Shown here: positions 51,424 through 60,342 of the stretch, piece by piece
Position numbering within the stretch: position 1 is the stretch's first letter
Layout: each line of letters opens with the position of its first letter
Source: Lachnospiraceae bacterium
GTDB lineage: Bacteria; Bacillota; Clostridia; Lachnospirales; Lachnospiraceae
Assembly: GCA_045128635.1 (NCBI GenBank)
Contig: JBGVRS010000170.1
Coordinates: 4,253 to 68,252, forward strand
Length of the DNA: 64,000 nucleotides
Direction: 5' to 3'
The notes under the pieces: generated by a model
Seen by the model: only the letters and a program-made list of their open reading frames with translations
The model's database searches: none
Told to the model about the DNA's origin: nothing
Translations under genes and position numbers: made by a program

Positions 51424-53211
51424 ATGAGACTGGGAGTAAGAAAGATACAAAAAGGATATCAGTTTGCATTTGCAAGTGCGAAAGAAGAGCCATGTACGCT
51501 CCTTCTTTACAAAAAAGGAGAAGAGACACCGGAATTGAAAGTTCCGATGAATCGTTACATGGGCGACATTTACGTGGCAGACGTAGAAAAAATCAATGCA
51601 AAGAATTATGAATATGCATATCAGGTGGGTGAAAAAATCGTTTTAGACCCATATGCCAAAGGAATTTCAGGCAAAGGAAAATTTGGAGAAAAAGTTGACT
51701 CTCAGAAACTTCGGTGTACATTTGATCTTGCAGAATATAATTGGGAAGATGATAAGCATCCGGAAATTCCATTTTCCGAATCCTTGATTTATTGTACTCA
51801 TTTACGCGGGTTTACCATGGACAAGTCTTCCAAGGTTAGAGCCAAAGGTACTTTTAAGGGAATGATGGAAAAGATTCCTTACCTTGTTTCTTTGGGAGTG
51901 AAACAGCTGGAATTAATGCCGATTTATGAATTTGAGGAATTTCCACGTCCAAAGAAAAAACGCAGTAAATATGAACCGGAAAAGAGAGCGGAAGGTCTTG
52001 CGTTAAATTACTGGGGATATACTTCCGGATACTATTTTGCACCAAAGTCCAGTTATGCTTATGGGAAAGACGCTTCAAAAGAGTTGAAGGATCTTGTGAA
52101 AGCGCTGCATAAGGCTGGAATTGAATTGATCTTAGAATTTTATTTTGATGATACGGTATCTCCAAATATGATTATGGACTGCCTGAAATTCTGGGTAGAA
52201 GAGTATCATATCGATGGAATCCATATTAACCGCAGTGCAATTTCCATGAAAAATGTAGTCATGGAGCCGGCATTGAAAACCACAAAAATTTTCACAGAAT
52301 ATTTCGAACAGGGTGAACTTTTAGAAGAAACAGATAATCAGAAGAGAAAACATCTGGCAGAATACAGGGATGGATTCCTTGTGGATGCGAGACGCCTTTT
52401 AAAGGGAGAAGAAGATGTGCTTCGAACTTTTGCTGAAAAGACCAGAAGAAATCCGGAAAATTATGCAGTGGTAAACTATATGGCAAACCATAACGGTTTT
52501 ACCATGATGGACATGGTTTCTTATGATGAAAAGCACAATGAAGCAAATATGGAAGACAATCGTGACGGCAGCAACTATAACTACAGCTGGAACGGCGGCG
52601 TAGAAGGTCCTACAAAACATAAGACAGTTAATAACCTTCGTGCAAAACAGCTTCGCAATGCGTTTGCAATGTTAATGTTTGCTCAGGGAATTCCTCTGAT
52701 TTATGGCGGCGATGAATTTGGCAATTCCCAGCAGGGAAATAACAATGTATATGGTCAGGACAGTGAACTGTCCTGGATTCAGTGGAATACTACAAAAGCG
52801 GCAAGAGATTTACTGAATTACGTGAAAGAGCTGATTGCATTTAGAAATGCGCATACTGCATTCCATATGCCAAAAGAAGCAGCCATGGCGGACTATAAAT
52901 CTACAGGAACTCCGGATTTATCCTATCATTGTGAAAATGCATGGTATGGTGGATTTGAACCATACAGAAGACACATTGGTATGATGTACGGTGCAGGATA
53001 TGCAGAAAAGAATGCCATCTATGTAGCATACAACCTTCACCAGTCAGACCATGAGTTTGGTCTCCCGATTTTACCAAAGGGTAAGAAATGGAAAGTTGTC
53101 TTCTGCACTGCAGATGATAAGGAACAATTTACTCCTGACGGAGTAGAAATCTCCAATCAGAGAATTTTTAAACTGAGCGGAAGAACAATCTGTGTATTAG
53201 AAGGAAAGTAA
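51424..53211 (+). CDS. GH13 glycogen-debranching-enzyme (GlgX)-like protein with substituted catalytic residues
   Basis: Strong GlgX-like blocks (DEKHNEANMEDNRDGSNYNYSWN, MFAQGIPLIYGGDEFGNSQQGNNNVYGQD). Conserved region II reads DGIHIN instead of DGFRFD, and region IV reads NHNGFT instead of AHDGFT. Confidence 0.8.
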   Translation: MRLGVRKIQKGYQFAFASAKEEPCTLLLYKKGEETPELKVPMNRYMGDIYVADVEKINAKNYEYAYQVGEKIVLDPYAKGISGKGKFGEKVDSQKLRCTFDLAEYNWEDDKHPEIPFSESLIYCTHLRGFTMDKSSKVRAKGTFKGMMEKIPYLVSLGVKQLELMPIYEFEEFPRPKKKRSKYEPEKRAEGLALNYWGYTSGYYFAPKSSYAYGKDASKELKDLVKALHKAGIELILEFYFDDTVSPNMIMDCLKFWVEEYHIDGIHINRSAISMKNVVMEPALKTTKIFTEYFEQGELLEETDNQKRKHLAEYRDGFLVDARRLLKGEEDVLRTFAEKTRRNPENYAVVNYMANHNGFTMMDMVSYDEKHNEANMEDNRDGSNYNYSWNGGVEGPTKHKTVNNLRAKQLRNAFAMLMFAQGIPLIYGGDEFGNSQQGNNNVYGQDSELSWIQWNTTKAARDLLNYVKELIAFRNAHTAFHMPKEAAMADYKSTGTPDLSYHCENAWYGGFEPYRRHIGMMYGAGYAEKNAIYVAYNLHQSDHEFGLPILPKGKKWKVVFCTADDKEQFTPDGVEISNQRIFKLSGRTICVLEGK

Positions 53212-53212
53212 A

Positions 53213-53761
53213 ATGAATAAAGTATTTGGGCATTTCAAAACCATTACCACTCACAAATGGGTGGTAATGAAAGAATGCTTTAAAATCGGATTATATAAGC
53301 AGGGGCTGCTGCATGATATGTCAAAATACGGCCTGACAGAGTTTATTCAGGGCTGTAAGAATTATCAGGGAACAGCGAGCCCGCATTTAAAAGAACGAGA
53401 AAAAAAGGGATATTCGTCAGCATGGCTTCATCATAAAGGCCGCAATAAACATCATTTTGAATACTGGATTGATTACAGTATTGATAATAAGGGGATGGTA
53501 GGCTGCAAAATGCCGCCAAAGTACGTGGCTGAAATGATGATGGACCGTATTGCGGCATCAAAAGTTTATAACAAGGGCAAGTATAATCATCATATGCCTT
53601 TGGAATATTATGAAAGAGGCAAGGATGCCTATATGATTCATCCTGAGACAAGAGCGCTTTTGGTTTATTTGCTGAAAATGCTGGATGAGCAGGGGGAAGA
53701 AGTGACTTTTGATTATATTCGAAAGAATCTTGTTGGAAAGAAGGAATATCCAAAGATATGA
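53213..53761 (+). CDS. DUF5662-like conserved protein
   Basis: The pattern FKTITTHKWVVMKECFKIGLYKQGLLHDMSKY...SSAWLHHKGRNKHHFEYWIDY matches my recollection of the family. Confidence 0.55.
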   Translation: MNKVFGHFKTITTHKWVVMKECFKIGLYKQGLLHDMSKYGLTEFIQGCKNYQGTASPHLKEREKKGYSSAWLHHKGRNKHHFEYWIDYSIDNKGMVGCKMPPKYVAEMMMDRIAASKVYNKGKYNHHMPLEYYERGKDAYMIHPETRALLVYLLKMLDEQGEEVTFDYIRKNLVGKKEYPKI

Positions 53762-54117
53762 AATATATAAAGCAATTTGCAATCATTGTGCTCATGACCT
53801 TTTTGGGGGAATGTTTAAATCTATTGCTTCCATTGCCGGTACCTGCCAGCATTTATGGTATGGTGCTGTTATTTGTATGTCTGCAGACTGGAATTATAAA
53901 ATTAGCTCAGGTAGAAGAGACTGCGGATTTGCTTTTAGGAGTTATGCCGATTTTCTTTATTTCTCCAACGGTCAGTTTGATGAGCAGTATTGGTGTCATT
54001 AAAGACAGTTTATTAGGGGTGTTTGTGACCTGTATTGTTTCTACCGCTGTGATCATGGTGGTAGTAGGACTTGTATCTCAGGCAATTATTCGACGTGATA
54101 AGAAGGAGGTACAATAG
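53758..54117 (+). CDS. lrgA: CidA/LrgA-family holin-like protein
   Basis: 119 aa with 4 TM helices, an ATGA overlap with the upstream gene, followed by lrgB. Confidence 0.8.
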   Translation: MKYIKQFAIIVLMTFLGECLNLLLPLPVPASIYGMVLLFVCLQTGIIKLAQVEETADLLLGVMPIFFISPTVSLMSSIGVIKDSLLGVFVTCIVSTAVIMVVVGLVSQAIIRRDKKEVQ

Positions 54118-54119
54118 TC

Positions 54120-54815
54120 ATGAATGAGTTTTTCTTAAATTCTACTTATTTTGGTATTGTACTAAGTCTCCTTTGCTACTGGGTTGGATTGAAAATATCA
54201 ACAAAAGTAAAAAGTACGTTATGCAATCCTCTTTTGATTGCTTCGGCACTTATTATTGCTGTGCTGTTGATTCTGAAAGTGGATTATGCAACTTTTGATA
54301 AAGGTGCATCTTACCTGACATACTTTTTAAACCCGGCGACTGTCTGTCTTGCAGTGCCTCTGTATCGACAGTTTCAGGTTTTAAAATCAAATATGAAGGC
54401 AATTTTACTGGGAATTTTTGCAGGATGTATTGCCTGCATGGTTGTGATCGTAGGATTGTCTGTAGTATTTGCATTTTCTCCGGAACTGATAGCATCCATT
54501 CTTCCGAAATCTGTTACAACGGCAATCGCTATCGGAGTTTCTGAGGAAATTGGAGGTATGCCATCCATTACAGTTGTCTGTGTTGTATTTACAGGAATTT
54601 TTGGCGCCTGTACAGCATCTGCATTTTTTAAACTATTTAAAATTGAAGAACCTGTTGCACAGGGGCTGGCGTGCGGAACTGCTGCCCATGCCATTGGAAC
54701 TTCCAGAGCGTTGGAACTTGGAGAGGTTCAGGCAGCCATGAGCAGTCTGGCAATTGTTGTGACAGGGATTATGACGGTAGTTATTGTACCGATTGTGATG
54801 GGGATAATTGTCTGA
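54120..54815 (+). CDS. lrgB: LrgB-family protein
   Basis: 231-aa polytopic membrane protein with the motifs PKSVTTAIAIGVSEEIGG and GTAAHAIGT. Confidence 0.85.
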   Translation: MNEFFLNSTYFGIVLSLLCYWVGLKISTKVKSTLCNPLLIASALIIAVLLILKVDYATFDKGASYLTYFLNPATVCLAVPLYRQFQVLKSNMKAILLGIFAGCIACMVVIVGLSVVFAFSPELIASILPKSVTTAIAIGVSEEIGGMPSITVVCVVFTGIFGACTASAFFKLFKIEEPVAQGLACGTAAHAIGTSRALELGEVQAAMSSLAIVVTGIMTVVIVPIVMGIIV

Positions 54816-54920
54816 AATTTCTAAAATTTTGTGGACTGCCCTAAAATTAAAAAAAGGAAATTTGTGAATTGCACAGAATTTATCTTTTAGAAGTACCTTT
54901 TTGAGAAGAGAGGTGTGCAT

Positions 54921-55925
54921 ATGACGATTCGAGAAAAACAAGAGCAGTGGGAAGCCCAGTATTTGAGCCCCTATGCAGCACTTAGTAAAAATTCCAGAGG
55001 ACGTGATCGTTATGAGCCGCAGTGTGACATTCGCCCGGTTTATCAAAGAGACCGTGACCGCATCTTACATAGCAAATCATTTCGAAGATTGAAACATAAG
55101 ACTCAGGTTTTTTTGACTCCTCAGGGAGATCATTACAGAACCCGTCTGACCCATACGCTGGAAGTATCGCAGAATGCACGAACCATTGCCAAAGCACTTC
55201 GCCTGAATGAAGATTTGGTGGAAGCCATGGCATTGGGACATGACCTTGGACATACTCCTTTTGGACATGCAGGAGAGAGAGCATTGAATTCTCTTTGTTC
55301 CAAAGGATTTGGTCATTTTGAGCAGAGTGTCCGAGTTGTGGAAAAACTGGAAAATGGTGGAAAAGGTCTGAATCTGACTTTTGAAGTCCGTGACGGAATC
55401 AGAAACCACCGCACCGCAGGCAGACCAAGTACCTTAGAGGGGAAAATAGTTCGTCTGTCGGATAAAATCGCATATATAAACCATGATATTGATGATGCCA
55501 TTCGTGCCGGAATCCTGGTAGCAGAAGATATTCCAAAGGAATATACGGATATTTTAGGATGTACCACAAGTCAGCGTCTCAATACTGTGATTCATGATAT
55601 TGTAAAAAACAGCGAAGGGAAGCCGGACATTTTAATGTCAGCTGAGGTTGATAAGGCTATGTCTGACCTTCGAAAATTCATGTTTGCCAATGTTTACACA
55701 AATCCGAAGGCAAAGGCGGAAGAACAGAAGGCGCAGGATATGCTGGAGCATTTGTTCTCATTCTATAAGGAACATCCGGAAAAAATGTCTGAAGAATTTG
55801 TGGACATGCTGGAAAACAGAGGGGAGTCACTGGAGGATGTGGTCTGTGATTATATTTCCGGTATGACTGACCAGTATGCAATACAAAAATTCCAGGAATA
55901 TTTCGTACCGAAATCCTGGAGCTAA
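54921..55925 (+). CDS. dgt: dGTP triphosphohydrolase-like HD-domain protein
   Basis: RDRDRILHSKSFRRL, RLTHTLEV and LGHDLGHTPFGHAGE motifs. ATG at 54921 follows AGAGAGGTG. Confidence 0.85.
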   Translation: MTIREKQEQWEAQYLSPYAALSKNSRGRDRYEPQCDIRPVYQRDRDRILHSKSFRRLKHKTQVFLTPQGDHYRTRLTHTLEVSQNARTIAKALRLNEDLVEAMALGHDLGHTPFGHAGERALNSLCSKGFGHFEQSVRVVEKLENGGKGLNLTFEVRDGIRNHRTAGRPSTLEGKIVRLSDKIAYINHDIDDAIRAGILVAEDIPKEYTDILGCTTSQRLNTVIHDIVKNSEGKPDILMSAEVDKAMSDLRKFMFANVYTNPKAKAEEQKAQDMLEHLFSFYKEHPEKMSEEFVDMLENRGESLEDVVCDYISGMTDQYAIQKFQEYFVPKSWS

Positions 55926-55937
55926 CGAGGAGTAAAC

Positions 55938-57698
55938 ATGTACTATTCTGATGAACTGGTAGAAGAGATCAGAGAGAAAAATGACATTGTAAGTGTTGTT
56001 GGAGAGTACGTAAAACTGACCAGAAAGGGCGGTTCCTACTTTGGACTTTGTCCTTTCCATAATGAAAAAACAGGTTCATTTTCAGTATCACCGCAAAAGC
56101 AGATGTATTATTGCTTTGGTTGCCATAAGGGAGGCAATGTGTTCAGCTTTCTGATGGACTATGAAAATTACACATTTCCTGAAGCTGTGAAAGTCTTAGG
56201 AGAGCGTGTTGGTGTGGATTTACCTGAAATTGAATATTCTGAGAGTGCAAAGCAGCAGAAAGATGAAAAGACAAAGATGCTTGAAATGTACAAGCATGCG
56301 GCGACCTTTTATTATAAAATGCTTCATACCCAGCACGGACAGATAGGATATCAGTATTTACGGAAAAGAGAACTTTCTGACGAGACGATCAAACGTTTTG
56401 GTCTGGGATATTCTACGAAATTCGGAAAAGATTTATATAATTATTTGAAAAAACAGGGCTATTCAGATCAGATGATGATTGAAGGCGGTCTGATTTCCTA
56501 TAGTGAAAAGGCAGGAACCTATGACCGTTTCTGGAACAGAGTTATGTTCCCGATTATGGATGCCAACCATAAGGTCATTGGTTTTGGCGGTCGTGTCATG
56601 GGAGATGGAGAACCTAAGTATTTAAACTCTCCGGAAACCAAGATTTTTGACAAGAGCCGAAATCTATATGGTCTGAATTATGCAAGGGCAAGCCGTAAGG
56701 ACAACATGATCATCTGTGAAGGCTACATGGATGTCATTGCCCTTCATCAGGCGGGATTTACCCAGGCAGTTGCTTCTCTTGGAACAGCGCTTACGGAAAA
56801 TCAATGCCGTCTGCTTGCAAGATATACGAAAAAAGTTCTGTTGACTTATGACAGTGACGCGGCAGGGACAAATGCGGCTCTTAGAGCGATTCCGATGTTA
56901 AAGGAAGCAGGTTTAAGTGTCAGCGTCATTAATATGAAGCCTTACAAAGACCCGGATGAATTTATTAAAGCACTGGGCGCAGGGGCTTTTGAAGAACGAA
57001 TCAACCAGGCAGTGAACAGCTTCCTGTTTGAGATAGAAGTCATAGAGCGTCGTTATGATTTCAAAGATCCGGAATCAAAAACAGCCTTTTTTAAGGCAGC
57101 TGCAAAGAAACTTTTGGAATTCACGGAAGAAATCGAACGAAATGCCTATGTAGAGGCGGTGGCAGAACGTTACAATCTGCCGTATGAAAAACTTAAGAAA
57201 ATGGTAGATACCATGGGAGAGGCGGAAAGCTTTAAACCGGTGCGTGAAAAACCGCGTTCCGGAATCAAAAAGCCGCAAAAAGAAGATGGTATCACAAAAG
57301 CACAAAAGCTTTTGATTACATGGATGATTTCCGATGATACGTTATTTGAGGAAATCAGCAAGCATGTAGAATTGCGGGATTTTACCAATGAATTGTACCG
57401 TACCGTAGTGGAGATGCTGTATCAGCAGAAAGCACAGGGCAGATTAAAGCCTGCAGAAATTATGAGCCACTTCGCGGACAGTGAAAATCAGGGAGAAGTC
57501 GCATCACTGTTTCATACTGAACTGAAGCAGATTGAAAAGAAAGAAGAATTAGAAAAGGCATTGACAGAGACCATTATCAAAGTCAAAGAGCACAGCTATA
57601 ATGTGCAGATTGACGAAATGGATAAAAATGATTTGATTGCCTGGCAGAAGATTCTTCAGGAAAAGAGCAAATTACAGAGACTGCATATTTCTCTTTAG
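55938..57698 (+). CDS. dnaG: DNA primase
   Basis: Zinc ribbon CPFHNEKTGSFSVSPQKQMYYCFGC and TOPRIM (ICEGYMDVI, DSDAAG). Followed by rpoD. Confidence 0.95.
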   Translation: MYYSDELVEEIREKNDIVSVVGEYVKLTRKGGSYFGLCPFHNEKTGSFSVSPQKQMYYCFGCHKGGNVFSFLMDYENYTFPEAVKVLGERVGVDLPEIEYSESAKQQKDEKTKMLEMYKHAATFYYKMLHTQHGQIGYQYLRKRELSDETIKRFGLGYSTKFGKDLYNYLKKQGYSDQMMIEGGLISYSEKAGTYDRFWNRVMFPIMDANHKVIGFGGRVMGDGEPKYLNSPETKIFDKSRNLYGLNYARASRKDNMIICEGYMDVIALHQAGFTQAVASLGTALTENQCRLLARYTKKVLLTYDSDAAGTNAALRAIPMLKEAGLSVSVINMKPYKDPDEFIKALGAGAFEERINQAVNSFLFEIEVIERRYDFKDPESKTAFFKAAAKKLLEFTEEIERNAYVEAVAERYNLPYEKLKKMVDTMGEAESFKPVREKPRSGIKKPQKEDGITKAQKLLITWMISDDTLFEEISKHVELRDFTNELYRTVVEMLYQQKAQGRLKPAEIMSHFADSENQGEVASLFHTELKQIEKKEELEKALTETIIKVKEHSYNVQIDEMDKNDLIAWQKILQEKSKLQRLHISL

Positions 57699-57737
57699 GT
57701 GAGGATATGCTAAAGAATAGGTGTAGAGGTGGACAAC

Positions 57738-58847
57738 ATGGACGAAAAAGAAACTATGCAGAAAGTTGCTGAGAAAATTAAAGAACTTCAGGCTGTTGCG
57801 AAGAAAAAGAAAAACATGCTGGAATACCAGGAAGTGTTAGATCTTTTACGTGATACAGAGCTTGGAAAAGAAGAAATTGAAAAAATCTGCGATTTCTTAG
57901 AACAGAATGGCGTAGATATTTTACGTGTAACAGAAGAAACCGATGATGATGAAATCCTTTTATCTGAAGAAGACGAAGTTGATGTGGAAAACATCGATTT
58001 GTCAGTTCCGGAAGGTGTCAGCATCGAAGACCCTGTACGTATGTACTTAAAAGAAATCGGTAAAGTTCCTCTGTTAAGCGCAGAAGAAGAAATCGAACTT
58101 GCACAGCGTATGGAAGATGGGGATGAAGAAGCAAAGAAAAAACTTGCAGAAGCAAACCTTCGTCTTGTAGTAAGTATTGCAAAACGTTATGTGGGCCGTG
58201 GTATGCTCTTCCTTGATTTGATTCAGGAAGGTAACTTAGGGCTTATCAAAGCCGTAGAAAAATTTGATTACCGCAAAGGCTATAAATTCAGTACTTATGC
58301 AACATGGTGGATTCGTCAGGCAATCACACGAGCAATCGCTGACCAGGCTAGAACAATCCGTATTCCTGTGCATATGGTAGAAACAATTAATAAATTAATC
58401 CGTGTATCAAGACAGCTGTTACAGGAACTGGGCCGTGAACCGTCTCCGGAAGAAATTGCAGCTGAAATGAACATGCCTGTAGAACGCGTTCGTGAAATCT
58501 TAAAGATTTCTCAGGAACCGGTTTCCTTGGAAACACCAATCGGTGAAGAAGAAGATTCTCATCTTGGTGATTTCATTCAGGATGATCATGTGCCTGTACC
58601 TGCAGATGCAGCAACATTTACACTGTTAAAAGAACAGTTAAGTGAAGTGCTTGGCACATTAACAGAAAGAGAACAGAAGGTTCTTCGTCTTCGTTTCGGC
58701 TTAGACGATGGCCGCGCACGCACATTGGAAGAAGTTGGTAAGGAGTTCAACGTAACTCGTGAACGTATTCGTCAGATTGAAGCGAAAGCCCTTAGAAAAC
58801 TTCGTCATCCAAGCAGAAGCAGAAAGTTAAAGGATTATTTAGATTAA
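57738..58847 (+). CDS. rpoD: RNA polymerase primary sigma factor
   Basis: Regions 1.2-4.2 are present ([70 protein letters not shown]). Confidence 0.95.
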   Translation: MDEKETMQKVAEKIKELQAVAKKKKNMLEYQEVLDLLRDTELGKEEIEKICDFLEQNGVDILRVTEETDDDEILLSEEDEVDVENIDLSVPEGVSIEDPVRMYLKEIGKVPLLSAEEEIELAQRMEDGDEEAKKKLAEANLRLVVSIAKRYVGRGMLFLDLIQEGNLGLIKAVEKFDYRKGYKFSTYATWWIRQAITRAIADQARTIRIPVHMVETINKLIRVSRQLLQELGREPSPEEIAAEMNMPVERVREILKISQEPVSLETPIGEEEDSHLGDFIQDDHVPVPADAATFTLLKEQLSEVLGTLTEREQKVLRLRFGLDDGRARTLEEVGKEFNVTRERIRQIEAKALRKLRHPSRSRKLKDYLD

Positions 58848-58848
58848 T

Positions 58849-59541
58849 ATGCAGTTATCACAACGATTATCATCAGTTGCATCGATGGTTACCGCTGGGA
58901 ATTGTTTAGCAGATGTGGGAACAGATCATGGATATGTTCCCATTTATCTTTATGAGAGAAATATCATTCCCCGTGCCATTGCGATGGACGTAAACAAAGG
59001 GCCGTTAGAACGCGCCGCATTACATATTGCTGAGTCAGGGATGAAAGAAGCAATTGAAACCAGATTGTCAGACGGACTGACTGCCTTAAAACCGGGAGAA
59101 GCAGACAGTGTTGTGATCGCCGGTATGGGCGGTCCGCTGATCATCAGAATATTGAGCGCACATCCGGAAGTAACAGAATCTTTGAAAGAACTGATCTTAC
59201 AGCCACAGTCAGAAATTTCGGAAGTTCGTATCTGGCTGTATGAACAGGGATATGAAATCGTCGAAGAACATATGGTGTTTGAAGACGGAAAATATTATCC
59301 AATGTTCAAGGCCGTGGAAAATCCAGAAGCAGAAAAATTGACCGATCTGGAATATAAATATGGAAAAATATCTGTTTTAGGTGAACCAGAGGTTTTAAGA
59401 GCATATCTTGTAAGAGAGATTGCAAATAAACAGAACATTTTACAGAAGTTAAATGAAGAAACAACGGAAAAAAGTAAAGGCAGAGCAGTGGAAATCAAGG
59501 CGCTCCTTGCAGAACTGGAGGAAATGTTAAGTGAAATGTAG
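58849..59541 (+). CDS. trmK: tRNA (adenine22-N1)-methyltransferase
   Basis: LADVGTDHGYVPIYL and IAGMGG motifs, at the conserved position after rpoD. Confidence 0.85.
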   Translation: MQLSQRLSSVASMVTAGNCLADVGTDHGYVPIYLYERNIIPRAIAMDVNKGPLERAALHIAESGMKEAIETRLSDGLTALKPGEADSVVIAGMGGPLIIRILSAHPEVTESLKELILQPQSEISEVRIWLYEQGYEIVEEHMVFEDGKYYPMFKAVENPEAEKLTDLEYKYGKISVLGEPEVLRAYLVREIANKQNILQKLNEETTEKSKGRAVEIKALLAELEEMLSEM

Positions 59542-60301
59542 AGATATCATTGAGCTGTTAGAACAGGAATTTCCAATGAAATATGCTGAAAGCTGGGATA
59601 ATACCGGTTTTCAGGTAGGAAATCGTGAAAAAGAAGTGACACACATTTTTGTGGCAATGGATGTAACGGACGAAAATATCGAAGAAGCAATCCGTGTGGG
59701 TGCAGATATGATCGTCACACACCATCCAATGATCTTTTCGCCCCTGTCCTCTATCACTGCAGATACCATTAACGGAAGAAGAATCATCAAAATGATTGAA
59801 AACGGTATCTGTTATATGTCCACACATACAAATTACGACAGCTGCCGTATGGCAGATCTGGCGGCTGCTCATTTGGAAATGACAGAATGTGTTGCTTTGG
59901 AAGAAATACAGGATGGGATTGGAATTGGAAAAGTAGGAAAATTACCAAAAGTAATGTCTGTCAGAGAATGTGCTCTTTTGGTAAAAGAGAGATTTAAAAT
60001 CCCATCAGTCAGATTTTTTGGTGATGGAGACAAGGAAGTAGCAGTTGCTGCAATCTGTCCGGGTGCCGGTAAAAGTCTGGTAAAATGCTGTCATGAAAAA
60101 GGTGCAGAAGTTTACATTACCGGAGATATTGATCATCATACGGGAATTGACCAGATTGACGACCTGCTTCCAATCATTGATGCAGGACATTACGGGGTGG
60201 AGCATATTTATATTGAAGATATGTACCGCTTCTTCTCTGAAAAATGTCCGGAAGTAAGAGTAAGCAAAGCTGCCATCAAACATCCATTTGAAGTGGTATA
60301 A
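59531..60301 (+). CDS. Nif3-family dinuclear metal-centre protein
   Basis: WDNTGFQVG, IVTHHP and IDAGHY..E motifs. GTG start after GGAGGAA. Confidence 0.85.
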   Translation: MKCRDIIELLEQEFPMKYAESWDNTGFQVGNREKEVTHIFVAMDVTDENIEEAIRVGADMIVTHHPMIFSPLSSITADTINGRRIIKMIENGICYMSTHTNYDSCRMADLAAAHLEMTECVALEEIQDGIGIGKVGKLPKVMSVRECALLVKERFKIPSVRFFGDGDKEVAVAAICPGAGKSLVKCCHEKGAEVYITGDIDHHTGIDQIDDLLPIIDAGHYGVEHIYIEDMYRFFSEKCPEVRVSKAAIKHPFEVV

Positions 60302-60342
60302 GTTTGAAGAAAATATATAAATTTAGCTGGGAGGTATGAAAT

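Noticed and set aside
53343-53852. 169-aa antisense ORF over the DUF5662-like gene (similar cases at 54633-55046, 6121-6504, 26823-27281 and 6900-7310)
   Set aside because: All are antisense to CDSs with clear family motifs, and none has an RBS or recognisable domain.
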